Part shown: piece after piece, positions 12,197-25,051 of the stretch
Numbering within the stretch: position 1 is the first letter of the stretch
How the letters are laid out: each line of letters begins with the position of its first letter
Assembly (NCBI RefSeq): GCF_902713615.1
Contig: NC_052158.1
Coordinates: 12,210,546-12,274,545 of the forward strand
Length of the DNA: 64,000 bases
From: Scyliorhinus canicula
Taxonomy: Eukaryota
Reading direction: 5' to 3'
Position numbers and translations under genes: made by a program
Notes under the pieces: model-generated
What the model was told of the DNA's origin: nothing
What the model saw: only the letters and a program-made list of their open reading frames with translations
Databases searched by the model: none

Positions 12197-12970
12197 TAAT
12201 GTTCAGGGATGTGAAGGTGAGCTGGAACAGAACACAGGAGTGGGTCTTGGCATCTTGCTCAGGTGCTCTTTCGGGCATCGGTGCATACTCGATGGACCGA
12301 ATGGCCTGCTTGTGCATTGTACGGATTCTATGATCTGCTATTGACCGTCCCACAAATTCCTACACGACTTGGCCTCCCTATATCCGTAGTCTAGCCCCGC
12401 CCTAAAACCGTTCATGATACCTGGCCTCCTCTAATTCTGGTCTCCTGATCTTCCTCGATTGCAATAGCTCCAAAATTGGGGGCCTCGACGTGAAGCTCCA
12501 AAATTCCCTCTCTAAATTTCTGCGCCCGTCTTTGCTTTCCACGTTTAACCACACCGACGTCTCATACCAAGCTTTTGTTAATTTCACCGAATACGCCTTG
12601 TGTGACTCCGTGAAACCCTTGGGACATGTTTTTTTCGTCCAACGTGCCATGTGTTGTTATTGTTAAAAATGCTCCACTTTAACTTCACCCTCCTTCACTA
12701 AGGCTGTCTGAAACAAACCACTTTGGGCACGCTGTTGGTCAATGCAGTTAATATGTGACACGATGTCAGTGTTTGTTGGACTGACGCACCCGAGGATGTT
12801 TCTGATGTTGAATGGAGGTTGCTTTTGGGCCTCTGGTCATTCGTGGGATTCGTGACTTTCGATGAAAATCGGTTAAGTGGGAAACATTTGCGGACTTTCC
12901 CCAGAATGAGAAGAATATCGGTTTTAGCCCATGCAGTTTTTTCAACAATTGCTGCCATTTATTTCAAAGT

Positions 12971-13096
12971 AAGGGGTCTTACAACACCAGGTTAAAGTCC
13001 AACAGGTTTGTTTCAAACACGAGCTTGCGGAGCGCAGCTCCTTCCTCAGGTGAAGATTATTGTGCTCACCCCAGTCCAACGCCGGCATCTCCACAT
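12971..13096. mobile_element. Penelope-like retroelement terminal fragment with internal inversion
   Basis: TTACAACACCAGGTTAAAGTCCAACAGG.. joined to an inverted GATGTGGAGATGCCGGCGTTGGACTGGGG; 15-bp flanking duplication CATTTATTTCAAAGT (12956-12970 and 13097-13111). Confidence 0.75.
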
Positions 13097-13171
13097 CATT
13101 TATTTCAAAGTTAGCATTATTCTGCGGCAACGTGGAGCCTCATTGAACATACCTGAAATATATTCCCTCAC

Positions 13172-13405
13172 CTTCAGAAACGTCAACAGGCCTTTTTGCT
13201 TCATCTGTTTTTGCATCTTTCTGAGTTTCTCCTGAATTGAATTTAAATTCTCCTGAATCTCTCGAAGCTTTTCCTCTATTGGGTCTAGAATCATCTCCTC
13301 TTCTTCCCTGAGATCTCTGAGTAAACGCTGCTCTTTCTCAGTGAGAATCTGGTGCATTTTACTGAACTCGGATGTGATGTGGGCCTGCAGACTGATCGAC
13401 TGTTC
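13172..13405 (-). CDS. TRIM-A coding exon 3 (234 nt, coiled coil)
   Basis: tag|GAA CAG TCG..CTG AAG|gtgagg; EQSISLQAHITSEFSKMHQILTEKEQRLLRDLREEEE..LLTFLK. Confidence 0.93.
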
Positions 13406-13497
13406 CTACCAAATGAAATGTGAAACATAATTAATGTCCCGGATAAAGGGAACAAAACTAACCGAGATCCCAGAAAAACAGCACAGGGAGGCCTTAC

Positions 13498-13593
13498 CCT
13501 AACTTCAGAAATCTTCCGTTTCTGCTCACGTTCTGTTTGTAGAGCTTTGAATTTCTTCTCTGTGAGAGAATCTAAGGAAGATTGCAGCTGATC
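13498..13593 (-). CDS. TRIM-A coding exon 2 (96 nt, coiled coil; acceptor reads CAT, probably uses the CAG 6 nt downstream)
   Basis: DQLQSSLDSLTEKKFKALQTEREQKRKISEVR, donor AGG|gtaagg; same size as exon 2 of TRIM-B and TRIM-C. Confidence 0.85.
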
Positions 13594-13677
13594 ATGGGAT
13601 AGGACGGGAAAGATTTAGTTTCAGGTCTTCGAACATTAAAACAAATCATAAAATATTGGATTGATAAAAATGTTTAC

Positions 13678-14088
13678 CATGTAGATTTCAGCAGCTTCTC
13701 CAACCGGCAGGAAGCGGTGCCCTCTGTGTTCCAGCGAATCTCTACAAATCACACAGATCAATTTCTTGTCAGTTTCACAAAACAACTTCCGTTCTTCCTG
13801 ATGTTCCTCACAGTGAAGTTTACTTTCCTTCTCTTTCGGATTCAGCTTGAATTTTCGAACTTTCTCGGCCAGATTCCCTAAGGCCCGATTTACCCTGAAG
13901 TTTCTTTCTGGAAACTCCTCTCGACATTCCGGGCAGGAGTTTATCTCCTTCTTTTCCCAACACTGGGAGATACAGGAGCGGCAGAAGTTGTGTCCACAAT
14001 CCAGTATTACCGGATCAGTGAAGAAATCAAGGCAAATGGGGCAAATTGCCTCTTCGCTCAAACTCTCGTCATATTGTGTGGAAGCCAT
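13678..14088 (-). CDS. TRIM-A coding exon 1: C3HC4 RING plus B-box2 (TRIM39/TRIM27/A33-like family)
   Basis: [81 protein letters not shown]; donor ATG|gtaaac; candidate acceptor gives exon start 14159; model join(14088-13678,13593-13498,13405-13172,7067-7045,6943-6828,...). Confidence 0.95.
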
Positions 14089-15630
14089 GGACGCGCTGAG
14101 CACACTCTGATTTCGTTGGCTGCTGTTGTGTTCTGAAGTGTGCCGGAGGTTATGAAATTCTGTTCAATATTGACAGAAGGGGGGTGGGGGTGGAGGAGGA
14201 GGTTGAGATGGGCACGGATCCAGACTCCATTGTAATTTATTCCAGTCTCAACTCGTCGTGCACCACAAGAACTTTGCTAAAATATGGTGTAACATTTCCA
14301 TCCTTCAACTGAACTGTTCTCATGATTACAGCTGCTCGCCCGAAAGCACAAAGCGCCCCAAATGTCACGGAGTAAAACTGATGTGACAGGTACAGACAAT
14401 AAGATTTTGGCAAGGAATAGACTTGTGATTTTTCTATCCTTTCTGCCGGGGGAAAAATAATGCATGGTAAATTATACCATAAATCAGTCCAAAGATGTGC
14501 AGGTTACTTGGATTGGCCATACTAAATTGCCCTGAGTGTCCAAAAGGGTTAAGTGGGGTTACTGGGTTACGGGGATAGGTTGGAGGTGTGGGCTTAAGTT
14601 GGGTGCTCTCTCCAAATGCCAGTGCAGACTCGATAGGCTGAATGGCCTCATTCTGCACTGTAAATTCTATGATTCTATGATACAGCCCCATCAAATATTC
14701 AGAACGTCCCAGGGCACTCTAAAACCGGTGTGATACTTATGTAATATATGAACGTTTGTGGATAGGCGTTCCCACAGTCACTATGACGACAGCAAGTTCT
14801 CACAAGCATGAATCAAATAAATTACCAATATTTTTTTCGGTCCTCAGTTTAAAAGGGGCGACCCTCCCTCAGTTTTCAGGAAAGGGTAAATTTAAGCGAA
14901 GCCAGTGAAATGTCAACGCTCTACGGGAACTTTTGTTTCTTTTGAGTAAAAATACACTGAGCAAGGGGCAGCCAGAGTAACATGAGAAAAGTTCTTACAT
15001 AAAATGCGGACTTATAGAATTGAGGTAAGGTATGGACAGCCAAATTGAAGATTGGTTAATAGTCAGATAGGGCACTGACTATCCTGACTTGGAACTTTAT
15101 CGCCATTCCTTCACTGTCGCTGGGTCAAAATCCTGAAATTCCTTCCCTAACTGTGGGCTCAGTTACACCATGTGGACTGCAACGGTTCAAGAAAGCAGCT
15201 CAGCGCCACCTTTATGATGAGGTTCCTATCCCTTTAAAAATCTTATGTTCTAAAACACTTGGGTCTAGGCGGGTCCAAGTCTAAAATCTCCATCAGACCA
15301 CCCCACTGCCATTTTTAACCCTGGGCATATCTCACAAAGGAACAAAATAATATTTTCAAGGCATGGGAGAATCGTTGGCAAGGCTCGTATTAGTTAGTTG
15401 CTCGTTCTTAATTTTCTTTGACCTTTGATAAATTATTGCATAACTTGCTAGGCATCTGTTTTTGCTGTCAGACAAGATGGACAATCGCAAGTCCACTTCC
15501 TGTCTAAATCTAATCTGTACCTGTCACATCAATGTTACTTCTGGGCATTTAGGACATTGTGTGATTTAGGATGAGCATATACAATCATTAGAACAGTTCT
15601 GTTTAAAGATGGAAATTTTGCGCAATACAT

Positions 15631-16430
15631 GTGGCACAGTGGTTAGCACTACTGCCGCATAGCGACAGAGAGCCAGGTTCGATTCTGGCATTGGGTGAGT
15701 GGTGGAGTCTGCACGCTCTACCCGTTAAGGGGTGGGTTTCCTCCAGGTGCTCCGGTTCCCTCCCACAGTCCAAAAATGTGCAGGTTAGGCTGATTGTCCA
15801 TGTTATTTTTTTCCTTAAAGTACCCAATTCATTTCTTCCTTTTTAAAAAATAAATTTAGAGTACTCAATTCATTTTTTTCCAATTAAGCGGCAATTTAGC
15901 GTGTTCAATCCACCTACCCTGCACAGCTTTGGGTTGTGGGGGCGAAACCCACACAAACACGAGGAGAATGTGCAAACTGCACACGGACAGTGACCCAGAG
16001 CCGGGATCGAACCTGGGACCTCAGCGCCGTGACACTGCAGTGCTACCACTGCACCACCGTGCTGCCCCCCCCATTTTTTCCTTTTATGGGGTAATTTTGC
16101 GTGAACAATCCATCTACCCTGCATACCTTTGGGTTGCTGGGTGACCCACGCAGACATGGGGAAAATGTGCAAACTCCAAATGAACAGTGACCAAAGGTCG
16201 GGGTCGACCTCTGGTCCTCGGCACCGTAAGGCAGCAGTGCTAACCACAGCGCCACCATGCCAAGCGGTGTGACCAGGTTAAATCGGCCTTTCATGTGCAG
16301 ATTATGTTACCGGGATAGGATGTGGTGGACCGGGGAGTGGACCTGGGCGGGGTGCTCTTTCAGAGGGTCAGTGCAGAGTCGATGGGCCAAATGGTCTCCT
16401 TCAACATTGTAGGTATTCTATGATTTTATC
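15631..16430. mobile_element. cluster of nested V-SINE copies (one +, two -)
   Basis: GGCACAGTGGTTAGCAC head on +, reverse-complement heads at about 16040-16070 and 16230-16260, shared V-domain. Confidence 0.75.
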
Positions 16431-18850
16431 CACGGAATAGGCCAAGGTAAAGCAGATATAGACAGGGACAAAAAATAAAGGGGAGTGATAATGGTGCCAT
16501 TAAGAGACGAAGATTGCGCATGGTGGCACAAGGTGAGCCAGCAGATAATGTCCATGGGAGCAACTAGGAAGCAAGGGACAAGTCGCCTAGTGGGACAGGG
16601 GTGGGGTTCTGTTGGAGTCCTCTAGGACATCTCACGTTTTGCTACCATTAACATTCCCCTTTGTCTTATATCCGTGACAAATTTGTCTATATCACCTTTG
16701 CCCAACCTGGTTTTCTATTCTGCCCCACCTCCTCCACCCTCTTTCCCTATATGATTCTGTAAATTTCTGCCTTGTTTCAATTCTGGAGAAGGATCATGTA
16801 GATCCAAAAACTTCTCTCCACAGATGCTGCTAGACCTGCTGAATTTATCCAGCGTTACCTCAGTTATGCAACCGCAGTATTTTGGTTTTATCAGAATAAC
16901 TGAGTACCAGGTCACCATGCTTCAATCAAGAATGCGGAGGGATTGTTTATGCTGATATGGGTCCATGAGGAGAGGTATTCTGGCACAGTCTGCAGTGTCC
17001 CTACTCCTGGGCAAGAAGTTGTGGGTTCAAGTTCCAGTCCAACATTTGTTGGTCTTGAAAGGTTCATCCGTAACCGAGCCAAACAGATTAGTTATCAGCT
17101 CGAAAATCCTTCCGACATCCCTACCAGTGGGTGGAAAGAGTGGGCAACTTTACTGCATGTGACAGTGACAAATCACTACAATGCTGCAGCAAAAAAATCC
17201 CCAACTATTCCAATAGAAATCAATGGACCAAATGCCTTCCCAGTTATTTTTTGGTTCAGCTCTGGATACATCTAAGCCTCCATTTCTTTTTACTATTTAT
17301 GCCTCAGGCGACAGGCAGCCAGATTGTGCACTCTGCTGGGACCTGTAGAAGGTGACCAAGAGTAGGAAGTAGGAGAACCTCTGATGGGTTGCCAGATGGA
17401 TGCATGGTAGCTATCGTAACTGCGCCATTCAAAAACTAGCAAAGGTAACGGTTAGTTATGTTCATTTCTCTTGGTCCTTCAGTGAAAAGAACGTAAAACA
17501 AGGGATTGGAACGGCAGCGAAATTGCATTGATTGGCACAATGGGGCAGGAGAAACCATCAAGTGGTAACGTAGAGACTAGTTTTTACCCTGGTTGCAATG
17601 ATGATGTTGTCCCACTCTGATACTATTGGTCAGATATCGTCTGCGTTAAGTCTTGTTCATACTTGTTCATATAACCAGGTTTATCATCCCGAATCATCTC
17701 AGAAATTGGGAATAAGGGGTTAGACCTAATTAGGTTAACCCTAATTAGCCCCGATACTGAAAATTCCAACACAATAGCCACTCAGCCATCAGTGGAAAAA
17801 TAGTTTGTTTCTATTTTTTAATATTACTCCGTGCACATGGAATCTTGCCACACAACCCAGGGGCTTAGCTGGGAAAACTTGGGGTGCCAAGGGCATTTGT
17901 GCGAAAGTGATTTTAGCAGCCAGAAACTTTGTCTGGTTTCTTGCAAGTCTGGGTGATTTGTACAAGAGGACAGTCAATTGTAGCCACATTCAGGTTTCCG
18001 CTGGTAGGTTTGAATTTGGTAAAATAAGGCGTGCTTTGGCGTACATGACTGATGTGTGCAAACAACAGATAGGCAGGACTGCGGGAAGAGCTTCTGGGAA
18101 TGAAGGAAAATCTGAGGGAACTTAGTTATGAGTTCTGTAAATTGAAACTTCTGAACGGTTGGATTAGCTAAATCAGTGTGTTACTATGATTCCAATTGTT
18201 ACTGCACAGGAGGCAGACTGGATGGGCCACAGTTAGGATGTAAACACTGATAAAAATGAAACAGCAGCTCCAAAGCACAAAAGGGGAAAGGGATCATGTT
18301 GTGAAACCAAAGCTGAAGCTCATAGCTGGCTTCTGTGCCGAGAAAAACAACTGCAAGTATCAGTAATAACCGCGTTTGTTTTGACTGACCGTGTCCACAG
18401 TTTGTGTGTGAGTCATCACTTCTGGTGCAGTGCCATCTATCCCAAAAACCTTGTTGACCTCTCGCTATTGCATTTTTGATGTTGATAGTAGACAGGCGTG
18501 TTCTAAGTTGCTTTACTTTTCTTGTTAAACATGTATACACAAGAGCATTCTTGAGATAGATTGAAGCCCTTTTATCGGTTCTGAACTAGTTAAACACTGA
18601 ATTTTACTGTGAACAGTAAGTTGAGCTAAATCGGTGTCGCTTTTCAGGCTGGAGGATGGTCGATAATGGTGTCTTGTAAGGGCCATTGTTTCTTTCATAC
18701 AGATGTATATAAATTATGTGGATATTGAAGCACTGACTGAAATATTAAAACTTACTGATAAAAGAAACTCGGAGGTGCGGCAAACAACGATGATGATGCA
18801 ACGGACTGTAACAGGATGTAGCTAAGCTAGCAGAACAGTGACTATTATTT

Positions 18851-19806
18851 TGTAGTCTGAATTAATATGTTTTTCAGCATGTTTTGCTAAATTGACAACG
18901 TCATTAAAAAGCCTAAGCCTGCATTATTGGAAACCAACCAGATTAGTTACATAAACAGTTTCATCTGTCAGACAATTGAAAAGTAAGGAATTCATTAACA
19001 GACAAGTTAGTAAGATTGGTATGGTAATGCAATCAACATAGAACATACAGTGCAGAATGAGGCCATTCGGCCCATCCAGTCTGCACCCACCCACTTTCCC
19101 CCCTATCCTCGTAACCCAATAACCCCTCCTAACCTTTTTTTGGTCACTAAGGGCAATTTATGATGGCGAATCCACCTAACATATAACACAAAAAGTTTAT
19201 AACTTTTTAAATTATAAGCATATTCTATAATTGACACTTGATTACTAATTCAGATTCTTTAAATGCCCTGAGATTTTTAAGATGCCCCCTTTCCAGACGG
19301 GTAAAAAAAATGAACTTAACAGACTTTTTGTTAACCTTGATGGAAGGAAGTAATTTAAGATTATTGGTCGACGCATAGGCTAACTCAAGATAAGAGAAGC
19401 CGCTGTATTAAAGTTCAAACAAAGGGTGTAATTAGCTAAAAAAAACAACCAGTTTATTATTTAATTGTTATTTAATTATTGGCAAGTTATAGACAAAGTG
19501 GCTATTTTCTGATAATTGACTAAGGTAGGCTTTCAATGTCTTTAAGGTATAAAAAAGGTGCTCGAGGAGCCATATTGAGAGAGCGTGATGGTGAGGGGTG
19601 GAACCTTCACGTCCTGGTCTGAGAGGCTGGTGAGAAGTCTGTTCAATTGTTAAAACTAGCTTTCTCCTCTGCTGTTAATTACTGATAATTACTGTTAATC
19701 ACTGTTAATTGACACTGTTTTTATCTATTTGATTTGCTGCCTTTTGAATCGTTAATAAACTTTCGGAATTTACCATTGGTTCCTAGGGTGTCCCCTAATT
19801 GGCAAC
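18851..19806 (+). mobile_element. possible solo LTR (with a SINE fragment at about 19036-19180)
   Basis: Starts TGTAGT, TATAAAAA near 19548, AATAAA near 19754, 10-bp tandem CTGTTAATTA; sits between CR1 fragments; no clear TSD. Confidence 0.35.
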
Positions 19807-20429
19807 TGAGTAAATTGGGCCTTGTTCTCTAGAGTTCAGAAGAATCAGAGATGAACTTATTGAAATACGAATGATTGTGAATGCACTAATATATTATTAT
19901 TATTATATTATTACTTTGCAGCAGAGACACTGAGGCGGGAAGATCATACCACACATCATAACTGGGGGAGGGGAGAATATCACTGGACACAATTCAACTG
20001 AAGGAATCTATCTGATATTCAGTGAAATAAGGGAAGTGTAGCTGAATTGAGCAAATCATTTTCTGTCTCTTGGAAATATTTATATCTTTGCCTATGACCT
20101 CCCCACGAAAGTTGCATTTGGATGTCTGGTCACCAGCCGAGGCATTGTGGCCAGGCAAGGCTAGATAATCGAATATCTCAAGACAGATCATGGTCGTTTG
20201 ATAAGGTCACTTGAAAGTCCAAGAATGGCTTGTATCTAATGACAGGTAAGGCATGATATTAAGATTCTAGAGCTTGCATGCTGATGTGATTTGCTACGTG
20301 TAAAGCAACAGGTCTGCTAAATTTGCATGGAACATTTTCAGTTACAGGTCAGTAACACAGCATGTAATGGATAACGTGGCCAATAGAGTGAAGACAACTG
20401 CAAGGCATTCTCATACACTCCATAATGAA

Positions 20430-22310
20430 CCATAGATTCATCGACAAATCATGGCACAGAAAGCGTGTCTCTGCCAGCCAAGAAAGGCAGACGCAAAATA
20501 AACTAGCCATTTTCCAGCACCTTAGCTTTCCAGGTTACATCACTTTCGTTGCAGATCCAGGTACCTTTAAAATGAGCTGAGTATGTCAGCTTCAGTCACC
20601 AATTCAAGTACTAGATTCCAGATGCCTATCACCCTCTGGATGAAAAGGGTTTTCCTCACATCCCCGCTAATCCTTCTACCAATCATTTAAAATCTGTGCA
20701 CTCTGGTGATTGCCATCTCAGATAGGGAAAATAAATCCTGTCAGCCCTGCCTAGGTCCCTCATATTTTGTACCTCAATTAGGTCACGCCTCAACCTTCCC
20801 TGTTCTAAATAAAACAATCCTACTCTATCCATTCTCTCCTCATAGCTGCAATGTTCAAGCCCTGGCAACATTCTTCTAAATGGCCTCTGCATTATCTCCA
20901 GAACATTATCTCCAGAACAATCATGTTCATCATGTGTACAAAACTGGATGGAAAAGTCCAGCTTTGGTTGAAGCAGCGTTTTATACAGTTCCATTATTAC
21001 ATCCAGTTTTTATATTCAATACGTCGCCAATAAAGGAAAGCATTCCATATGCTTTCTTTACCACTTCATTCACATGTTTTGCCACTTTCATGGCCTGTTG
21101 AAATGTACTCCAAGGTCTCAATAATCCTCAACCACTCCCAAAATCCTCCCGTTAATGAGTATTCCTTTGCTTTGTCTACTCTCCCCAAATACAATACCTC
21201 CCATTTGTCTGGCTTGAATTTCATTTGCCACTTTTCACCCAGCTCAACCAAATCATTGATAAAATTCTGCAGACATCAACGATCTTCTTCATTATCAACT
21301 GCCCGGCCAATGTTTATGGCAGCTACAAATTTCCCAATCATACCGCCCACAGTTTAATTCCAAATAATTGATATGCAAAGCAATGACCACAACACTGAAC
21401 CATATGGAACTCCACTCAAAACCATTTCCATTCACAAATACATCCATCTAACATTAACTGTTGTTTCCTGTCAATGAGCCAATTTTGGATTTAAATAGCC
21501 ACCTTCCCCTTTAACCTATGCAATTTCACTTTCGACCACTCTGCCATGTGGGACGTTGTCAAATGCCTTCCTAACATCCACGGCACTACCCTCATCAATC
21601 CTCCTTGTTACTTCCTCAAACAAAAATCGATTAAGTTAGTAAGACACGATCTTCCTCTAACGAAACCATGTTGACTATCCCTGATGAATCCTTGGCTTTC
21701 GAAGTGTCAGTTTGTCCTGCCTCTCATAAATGCTTCCAATACTTTGCCCACCACCGAAGTCAGCCTGACCAGCCTATCATTATTGGATGTGTCCCTTGCA
21801 GCCTTTTAAAATAATTTTTAGACATTCACCAGCCTACGGCCTCTGATCCCTCGCCTATCCAGCGTGGATTAGAAAATGATTCTCAGAGCATTTGGTATTT
21901 CCTCCCTGGCTTCCTTCAACAATTAATCTGGCCCAGGTTATTAAGCAGCTTCAAGAATGCCAGTCCCTCCAGTTCTTCCTTTCGCACAATACTTATTGTA
22001 GCTAATATTTGACACACATACTCTAATTAGAATGTCTGCATCATTCCTCTCCTTAATGAAGGCAGAAACAAAAGTACACACTGAGGAACCTGATCACATC
22101 TTCTGTATTAACCCACAAGTTATATGTGTTCCCAGTGGGGCCCTATCCCCTCCTTAGTTATTCACTTGCTCTTAATGAACTGGTAAAACATCTTTGGGTT
22201 TTTGTTCATTTTGCCTGACAAGTTTTTGCGAACACACGCTCTCTTCTTAATTTCCTTCCTTACTTCACCTCTGTACTTTCTATACTCATCAAGGCTTTCT
22301 ATAGTATTCG
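20430..22310 (-). mobile_element. degenerate CR1 LINE
   Basis: ORFs 20683-20994 (SYEERMDRVGLFYLEQGRLRRDLIEV) and 21066-21251 (EKWQMKFKPDKWEVL). Confidence 0.85.
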
Positions 22311-22385
22311 GGCCACAAGACATAGGAGCAGAATTAGGCCATTCGGCCCATCAGGTCTGCTCCACCATTCAGTCATGGCTGATAT

Positions 22386-22736
22386 GGGGCAGCACAGTAG
22401 CATGGTGGTTAGCATCAATGCTTCACAGCTCCAGGGTCCCAGGTTCGATTCCCGGCTGGGTCACTGTCTGTGTGGAGTCTGCACGTCCTCCCCGTGTGTG
22501 CGTGGGTTTCCTCCGGGTGCTCCGGTTTCCTCCCACAGTCCAAAGATGTGCGGGTTAGGTGGATTGGCCATGCTAAATTGCCCGTAGTGTCCTAAAAAGT
22601 AAGGTTAAGGGGGAGTTGTTGGGTTACGGGTATAGGATGGATACGTGAGTTTGAGTAGGGTGATCATTGCTCGGCACAACATCGAGGGCCGAAGGGCCTA
22701 TTCTGTGCTGTACTGTTCTAAATTCTAAATTCTAAA
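22386..22736 (+). mobile_element. full-length HE1-like V-SINE
   Basis: GGGGCAGCACAGTAGCATGGTGGTTAGC..GGTTCGATTCCC tRNA head, V-domain, CR1-derived tail GGGCCGAAGGGCCT..CTGTGCTGTACTGTTCTA; near-identical to 57216-57562. Confidence 0.88.
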
Positions 22737-24810
22737 TATGTTTCTCATCCCCATTCTCCTGCCTTCTCCCCATAACCCCTGATCCCCTTATCAATCAAGA
22801 ACCTATCTATCTCTGTCTTAGTGGCCAATTGAGCTTTTGGCATTGAGCTTTTTTTTGCCTGTCATCAGCTTTCTGTTTCAGCAAGGACATCTCAAGGATC
22901 TTTACCATGGCCTCAACTATTCTGCATATTCATTAGTGACTTAGAGCATGGGATAGAAAAGCACATCTCCAATTTTTTTAATGACATAAAGATCAGAGGC
23001 CTCGTAAGCAGTATAGATGTATAGATGTAAGGGTTTAATTGCAGAGATACTGATAGGTGACTGGCCCATATTATGGCCAATTCATTTCAATGTCAGCAAA
23101 TGTGAGGTCACCCACTTTGGAGCTAAACAGGACAGAACAGGATACTTTCTAAATGAGAGAGTGAACGTCGAGAGAGAATTTGGAATCTAGGTACATAGAT
23201 TGTTAAAAGCGGTGGGAGACGGTGACATAATGGTATTTTCACTGTACTGGTTATACTGGGACACGGCTGATGCTCTGAGGATCCAGGTTCTAATTCAATA
23301 AAAGTCTTGGCGACCATGAAACCATTATCGATTGTCGTAATCACCCGTCATGTCCTTTCGGGAAGGCAATCTGCAGCCCTTACTGGTCTGGCCTACACGT
23401 GACTCTTCAATGCCCTCTGAAACAGCCCAGTAAGCCACAACAGTTTAAGGACAATTAGGGATGGGCAATAAACCCTGGCCCAGTTAGTGACGCCCACATC
23501 CCATGAATGAATAGAAAATCGTCAAATATGAAAATAGACTGTCTTAGCTCCAAACGGCTCGAAACGTTAACTCCATTCCCCCCTTCCACAGAAGCTGCTA
23601 GACCTACTGAGTTTTCCCAGCAGTTTATGTTTTGTAATACAATATTGAAATGCATATGTGGGTAACTGGAACACAAGGCGGTAGAATTCAGGCTTCAGCT
23701 ATAGAGATGTCTGGTCGGGCCAAACCCGGGGAACTGTAAGCACAGTCTGAAGCTCTTTTGGGGAAGCACAGTCTGAACACTGGGGGTCATATTGGCCTCG
23801 GAGGGAGTTCACTGTGGATATCACAGCATGACATTTTTACTGCACGAGTTAAGCGAGAAAAAAGCTGAGGTAAATTAAGGTTGTTATTCATTGGCAACTG
23901 GAGGGTTAATGGGTGATTTGATCGGATAGATTTGAAGAAGCTATTTTACTGATTTGGGCAGTCTGGAGTGAGAAAGCGAAGTGAAAAGATTAGAGCCACA
24001 ACCGACAGCCCTAACATTGGGAAGAAATTTCACGCAAATAGTGTTACAAGGTTGGAATTCCCTTCCGCAAATGGCAATTGCTGCCAGGTAAATTGTTGAC
24101 TTTGAATCAAAAACGTAGATGTTTGTAGCAAATGGGATTAAATATCATGGTGGGGCGAATGGAGATGGGTCGGAGACAGGTGTCGATCTCATTTGCAGGT
24201 GGAGAGAGAAACCAGGTTAACATTCCGGGTATAAACCCTGTATGGGAACTGGGAACTGAAAGATCAGCAAGGACCTCTGTCGGGCTGGGGGACAGAAGTA
24301 GGGAGAGAGAAGAAACAAATAGAAGCTCAATTGTAGAGAGGAACTAACTGGGTAGAATGAGCTGTGAACTGCAGGAAGCCGGTGACATTCCCGCCTGTAA
24401 TGTTGCTCCACAGGCGGAAGGTGGCGATACATCACCGTGTTTGACATGAATCAGTGCAAGCGCTGTGATTAAACTAGCCCAAAGAAGCAGCATGTGTTTT
24501 TAAAACAAACGCGATGGGCTGCCTCATCAATTCTCAGTAACGTAACACAAACCTGATTTTTATTTATTTTGATTGAATGTCAGATTTTGTACCCTGAGGG
24601 GCAGCACAGTGGTCAGCAATGTTATTTCACAGCGCCATGGTCCCAGGTTCGACTCCCGGCTTGGGTCACTGTCTGTGTGGAGTCTGCACGTTCTCCCCCT
24701 GTCTGCTCCGATTTCCTCCCACAGTCCCAAAAGAAGTGCTTTTAGGTAATTTGGACATTCTGAATTCTCCCTCAGTGTACCCGAACAGGTGCCGGAATAC
24801 GATTAGGAGC

Positions 24811-25051
24811 TTTTTTTTTTTTTTTTTTTTATAAATTTAGATTACCCAATTATTTTTTTCTATTAAGGGGCAATTTAGCGTGGCCAATCCACCTACCTAC
24901 TCTGCACATTTTTGGGTTGTGGGGGCGAAACCCACGCAGACACGGGGAGAATGTGCAAACTCCACACGGACAGTGACCCAGAGCCGGGATCGAACCTGGG
25001 ACCTCAGCGCCGTGAGGCGGTTGTGCTAACCACTAGGCCACCGTGCTGCCC
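24811..25051 (-). mobile_element. poly(A)-tailed V-SINE variant inserted in another SINE
   Basis: Poly(T) on the + strand; flanking duplication CGATTAGGAGCTTTTT at 24800 and 25052. Confidence 0.8.

Noticed and set aside
22386-22460. tRNA-like A/B boxes (also at 57216 and other SINE heads)
   Set aside because: SINE heads continuing into V-domain and LINE tails, not tRNA genes.
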